Source: a virus (lineage: Duplodnaviria > Caudoviricetes). From it: a stretch of 64,000 nucleotides of DNA. The notes under the pieces were generated by a model. The model had not been told where the DNA came from. It searched no databases and saw only the letters and a program-made list of their open reading frames with translations. Within the stretch, counting starts at the first letter, position 1. Each line of letters opens with the position of its first letter. A program made the translations under genes and the position numbers. Positions 59,796 to 64,000 of the stretch are shown piece by piece. The stretch lies in the IMG/VR virus record IMGVR_UViG_3300020193_000017, positions 881 to 64,880 of that record; one strand, 5' to 3'.

Positions 59796-60766
59796 TGGAT
59801 AATTGATTGTTGGTTTTACAAATAGGACATACTTTTTCCTCATATTGTGTATGGTCTTGTGGATTGAATTGGTCATCAGTTACCACCACAATTAAATCAT
59901 CATAGTGTCCAACCCAATGACAATTCAAACATTCAAGAACAAATTGATTGTTCCAACTCCTCCGTAGATTATGACTTTCCATTTGAATAAACTAGTTTAC
60001 CATTATCAGTATAAAGTTCTTGTGTAGAACACCCATCGTTTTCCTCAACACTTAATTGTTCTTGTGTGTCGGTGAGTTCATCCCACGGAATACTATCGGT
60101 ATCACCATTGTTTACCATATCCTTGGCTTTCTGCCAAGCTAATTCGTCGGATTCAGCCTCAACTTCGAAATGGGTTCTCATCCAAGTTGTTATTTTTTGG
60201 TCAAGATAGAAATCAAACTTTTCCATAGTTACCAAGTTTTAGGGTATTTTGCCAACACATTTTGAGGATACAATTCTCCGTTTCCGTTTCCAAGAACATC
60301 TTCCCACCAACGAACACCGATTGATATACGGGGAACTGAAAATTTCATAATGTCATCATCATGAATGTAAAAGAACACATCGTTTCTTCCACCCGTACCT
60401 GATATACCTGGTGTCGGTAATGTAGTTACTTCTTCAAGGTACTTCACACGAGAACCCATCTCTTTTTTAAAGAAATCCTCAAACTCCTTAATGTTCTCTT
60501 GACCAACAAGGGTGGCTTCCCATACACATAATTGATTGAACTTACTCATGACTTTTAATTTAGAGGGTTATGAATTGACAATAATCTACAAGGTCAGTTA
60601 AGTGGATACGACCATACTTCACGGAGGAATAGTAACCTTGTTTTTTGTAGTTCTCTTTCCAATTCTTAAAAGCTTCCATCATTTTCTTTCTACTTGGATA
60701 ATAGTTCACACCTCTTTCTATTGTGAACCCGTCAGGGGATAGAATTTGATATCGTTTCTTTTTCAT
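59785..60766 (-). other. Four small hypothetical proteins (59785, 59969, 60229, 60560); first is CxxC/CxxC Zn-binding
   Basis: Coupled ORFs in the track. Confidence 0.55.
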
Positions 60767-60788
60767 TTTATTTTGTTTTCAATGCTTT

Positions 60789-61301
60789 TTATAATTTTTC
60801 CAAGTACCATTTGGCGCCTTCATAATCTTTATCATAAATAATCTTTCCAATCTTCGTGCGAAAGCAACAAATTTCGCCGTAACATTCTTTATAATCGCCT
60901 TCCTTAGCCATTTTCCTTAATTTAGAAGCGGTAATGTTTTTGTAAAATTTTTCTCCTCTCCCAATTACTTCCGCTCGTAAATCTATCCAACCGTCATCGC
61001 TAACATCAAACCCTGGTTTACCAAGCCAATCCTTTTCAAATTTATCATTCATATCATCCATTAATTTATCTACAAATGTTACCATTTTTTCTAGGTCTTT
61101 CTTATTCAATTTTTCCCTGAAAAAATCTTCAATTCTTTCATTGTCGTGGTCGCTTTTCCAATCTGCTTCTTCAATAAGACGCCACATTTGGCTTTCAGTT
61201 TTCAAATTGTCAACTACACGATAGTTACGTTTTTCCAATTCTTTAATAAGTTGTTCATCAGTAAACGTTTTAAAATCTGTTTTTTTAATTTTACTTTTCA
61301 T
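60789..61301 (-). CDS. DUF4240-like protein
   Basis: MWRLIEEA...SDDGWIDLRAEVIGRGEKFY. Confidence 0.6.
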   Translation of the reverse strand: MKSKIKKTDFKTFTDEQLIKELEKRNYRVVDNLKTESQMWRLIEEADWKSDHDNERIEDFFREKLNKKDLEKMVTFVDKLMDDMNDKFEKDWLGKPGFDVSDDGWIDLRAEVIGRGEKFYKNITASKLRKMAKEGDYKECYGEICCFRTKIGKIIYDKDYEGAKWYLEKL

Positions 61302-61320
61302 TTTATTTTGTTTTATAATA

Positions 61321-61353
61321 CAAATATACAACTTATAATGTAATACATCCAAA
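61321..61353 (-). promoter_or_regulatory. Bacteroidota-type promoter
   Basis: TTTG-N21-TATATTTG. Confidence 0.7.
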
Positions 61354-61455
61354 TTATTTTACAACTAAATAGCCAAACTAATTCCAGATTCGCGTTTCGG
61401 TTCTAGAAGCTCGGTATTTCTTCCTCGCCATACCTCTATTTGAAAGACCCAAGGG

Positions 61456-62670
61456 TCAGCCCTGAAATTCTTCATTGAGTTTTTCCATGGGTGGATTGGT
61501 TTCGGGAATCATAGACTCACCTAATGGTAACGCCTCCTCCTGTTTTTGTTTTGTGTCCGACTGCATCCCACAACCAGACAATATGTTTATTCCTTGTTTC
61601 AGAATATTTTTACTTGCGTTTAAATCTCTATCGTGATGTTCATTACAAGAAGGACAAGTCCATTCTCTAATAGAAAGATTTAAATCTTGGTTTATCCATC
61701 CACAATTAGAACAAGTTTTAGTAGATGCATAAAATTTATCAATTTTAACAAATGATTTATCATTCCATTTTGACTTATATTCTAACATTGTGTAGAACAT
61801 ATCTAAACCAACATCGGCTAAGGATTGAGCCAATTTATGATTTTTCATCATATTCTTAATTGACAAATCCTCTACAGATATAATGTCGTGGTTTTTGACA
61901 ATTTCTGTTGATACTTTATGTAAGTAATCTTTTCTGATATTAGTTATTTTTTCGTGAACTAAAGATAATTTAATTTTTTGTTTTTGTCTGCTATTACTAC
62001 CTTTTTGTTTTTTAGATAGTTGTCTTTGTTCATATTTTAGTTTTTTTAATTTGGTTTTAAGTGATTTGATATTTTTATAGGTTTTTCCATCTGAAAGTAT
62101 TGCTAAATCTTTGATACCAGTATCAATACCAACACTTGAACTTGTTTTATCAAATGGTTTGTAATTGACTTTACAAGTTATACTAGCATAATATTTTCCT
62201 GTTGTTGATTTGGTAATTGTTGCAAACGATATTTCACCTTCTAATTCTCTATGTAATTTTATTTTAATTCCATCTTTAAATTTAGGAATTACAAGTTTGC
62301 CGTCTTTAACTAATACGTGTTGGGGTATCTTAAAACTTTGTATATCGTATTTTGACTTAAATACTGGAAACTTATTCCGTTTGCTGAAGAAATTTTTGTA
62401 TGCTATATCTAAGTTTTTTAATGAGGCTTGTAATGATTGGGCATTCACTTCTTTTAACCAAACAAACTCCTCATCTTTTTTAAGTTCAGTTAAGGTTCTC
62501 TCATTATCGGAATAGTTAAGTGAAATTTTTTCATTAAGATATTTTTCTTTACGTTCATTCAAGAAGTGATTAAACACAAATCTACAATAACCAAAGTGTT
62601 TACTCAACAAGGGTTCTTGTTCCTTTGTCGGGTAAATTCGATACTTGTATGACTTGTGTATTAACTTCAT
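61456..62670 (-). CDS. tnpB: IS200/IS605-family RNA-guided endonuclease TnpB
   Basis: YKYRIYPT HTH, RuvC-I GIDTG, RuvC-II VEDL, Zn ribbon CSNC/CPSC and RuvC-III DRDLNAS; no tnpA adjacent. Confidence 0.95.
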   Translation of the reverse strand: MKLIHKSYKYRIYPTKEQEPLLSKHFGYCRFVFNHFLNERKEKYLNEKISLNYSDNERTLTELKKDEEFVWLKEVNAQSLQASLKNLDIAYKNFFSKRNKFPVFKSKYDIQSFKIPQHVLVKDGKLVIPKFKDGIKIKLHRELEGEISFATITKSTTGKYYASITCKVNYKPFDKTSSSVGIDTGIKDLAILSDGKTYKNIKSLKTKLKKLKYEQRQLSKKQKGSNSRQKQKIKLSLVHEKITNIRKDYLHKVSTEIVKNHDIISVEDLSIKNMMKNHKLAQSLADVGLDMFYTMLEYKSKWNDKSFVKIDKFYASTKTCSNCGWINQDLNLSIREWTCPSCNEHHDRDLNASKNILKQGINILSGCGMQSDTKQKQEEALPLGESMIPETNPPMEKLNEEFQG

Positions 62671-62763
62671 TTAAATTTGTTTTTTCTATTCATTAGTTTC
62701 ACTAACTCTTTTACTTTAAGCTTAAGGATTTTGTATTCAGGGTGGTCTTCTACGCACGCATAC

Positions 62764-63057
62764 TTAACCTTTTTTGTTTTCTTTTTCATTTGTTTTTATT
62801 TTAAATTGAATTTTTGTTTTGGTTTTAATCATAACATATTGAATCGGTACCCAGCATCTCATCGCAGCGTATAATCTGTAATATCCATCAATCACATTGA
62901 AGTTTTCATCAACAATAATATAACTACTCCACAACCAACCGTGTTTTTTTATACTTTTACACATTCTCTCAATTTCTTTTGGTATCATTCTATTTGCTCT
63001 CCACGCATCAACTTTGAATAATGTATAATCGTTAGTCCTAAAAATTTTAATTTCCAT
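62764..63057 (-). CDS. Short ParB N-terminal-like protein
   Basis: ANR...IIVDENFNVIDGYYRLYAA; paralog of the N-terminus of 58246-59025. Confidence 0.6.
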   Translation of the reverse strand: MEIKIFRTNDYTLFKVDAWRANRMIPKEIERMCKSIKKHGWLWSSYIIVDENFNVIDGYYRLYAAMRCWVPIQYVMIKTKTKIQFKIKTNEKENKKG

Positions 63058-63069
63058 TTTGTTTTATTT

Positions 63070-63735
63070 TTAATCAAATAAATCATCTGACATACTAACC
63101 TCTTTAACTTTAATTCTATTATCGGTTACCTTTACGCCAATCTTAAACTCACCCTGGTTGTCTCCTTCAACCTCAACCGTACCATTCATAATGAATCCCA
63201 ACGGTCTAAAAATGTACTTAACTATATCTCTAACCTTCTCTTCAATACCTTCATCGGAAGAATCGTTTTCCCCATACCAACCATACATAATAAATTCACT
63301 TCCTCGTTTATTTCTAGTAAAACCGAAATCATCATCGTCGCTATTTAATGTGATGTTATCTAACATTTCGTACAAATTCTTTACGTAGCGGTTATCTTTT
63401 TTATATCTATTAAAAAGTGGTTTTACTAATTTTTCAAACTCTTGTGGGATTGTACTACACAAGAGTTCAAGTTCTTTTTCGGTTTTTTTAATTTCTTTTT
63501 TCTTTATCTGTTTGTGACCAAAATCAGCACGGTTAGAATACCGTTTATTATAACGGAAATAGTATTTACCGAAACTGTTTTCAAAGTCCCCATGGTAAAC
63601 TCCTTTAGATTTGTAGGTTCTCCAATTTGCAAAGGGTAACTCGTACACTACCGATTCTAATAACAATAATTCGATGTCAGTAAAACTTTCACCTGACTTT
63701 TTTTCGATTTTGAAATTGTAATTAACTCGTCCCAT
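63070..63735 (-). CDS. Hypothetical protein
   Basis: 221-aa ORF directly after a promoter. Confidence 0.55.
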   Translation of the reverse strand: MGRVNYNFKIEKKSGESFTDIELLLLESVVYELPFANWRTYKSKGVYHGDFENSFGKYYFRYNKRYSNRADFGHKQIKKKEIKKTEKELELLCSTIPQEFEKLVKPLFNRYKKDNRYVKNLYEMLDNITLNSDDDDFGFTRNKRGSEFIMYGWYGENDSSDEGIEEKVRDIVKYIFRPLGFIMNGTVEVEGDNQGEFKIGVKVTDNRIKVKEVSMSDDLFD

Positions 63736-63755
63736 TTTGTTTTATTTTAGAAATA

Positions 63756-63787
63756 CAAATATACAAGTATAATTGTTATACACCAAA
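63756..63787 (-). promoter_or_regulatory. Bacteroidota-type promoter
   Basis: TTTG-N20-TATATTTG. Confidence 0.7.
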
Positions 63788-64000
63788 TTTATTTTATTGT
63801 TGGATGGTAACTATTCTTCTGGCTGAAATGGTAAGTATTTTGAACCAGGTACATATTCTTTGTGAATAAGAATGTTATAGTCCTTAGACCATTTATTAAA
63901 AATTTTAAGTAGGTCATTGGATTTTATGGTTTCCGTCAAAAATTGTCTTTTACCAGTATCACGAATATGGTCATAAACCTCATATCCATATCTTACAACA

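Larger units (their letters stand above)
51236..61383 (+). repeat. Dispersed intergenic 12-mer GCCAAAC(T/A)AA(A/T)T, about 12 copies
   Basis: Copies start at 51236, 51292, 51792, 51845, 54037 (1 mismatch), 55714, 56529, 57245, 58115, 59309 (1 mismatch) and 61372; inverted copy at 59273-59284; degenerate copy at 54664. Confidence 0.85.

Noticed and set aside
51236-61383. 12-mer repeats as a CRISPR array or integron attC sites
   Set aside because: Spacing is irregular (tens to thousands of nt), the repeat is too short and non-palindromic, and no cas or integrase gene is present in the window.
798-63639. Numerous 60-140 aa ORFs overlapping larger genes (e.g. 798-992, 8273-8575, 12851-13276, 55340-55723)
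   Set aside because: They are shadow ORFs in alternate frames or strands of well-supported CDSs and have no motifs.
1-64000. tRNA/rRNA genes and stop-codon recoding
   Set aside because: No cloverleaf or T-loop signatures were recognised by eye, and known genes are full length under the standard code with TAA, TAG and TGA stops.

Overview
This is a 64-kb piece of an AT-rich, gene-dense large (probably jumbo) tailed dsDNA phage genome that uses the standard genetic code. The host is most likely Bacteroidota, because many promoters match TTTG-N20/21-TAnnTTTG and Shine-Dalgarno sequences are generally absent. Layout: (1) 1-6.3 kb is a tail-fibre module with an S74 chaperone, three paralogous beta-propeller-like proteins and assembly-like proteins. 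(2) 6.3-16.5 kb is a modification and uptake block: flavin-dependent halogenase, outer-membrane beta-barrel, permease, Asp/Asn hydroxylase, four glycosyltransferases and a methyltransferase. (3) 17-49.6 kb is mostly + strand genes: ThyA, PcfJ-like paralogs, cell-wall hydrolases, a DEDD exonuclease, RmlC, a DUF262/nuclease/Dam-like trio, IscA, DNA methyltransferases, and proteins sharing an MNLQE-type N-terminal leader. (4) After a repeat-rich strand switch near 49.8 kb come minus-strand early-type small genes, punctuated by about 12 oriented copies of the intergenic 12-mer GCCAAAC(T/A)AAAT, plus a TnpB. The best leads are the 12-mer-delimited units, the leader-plus-variable-enzyme array, two candidate structured ncRNAs (after a DIP1984-like gene and after an AP2-like gene), and apparent GATC avoidance next to a phage R-M-like module. 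All family assignments come from motif recognition by eye; no database searches were run.
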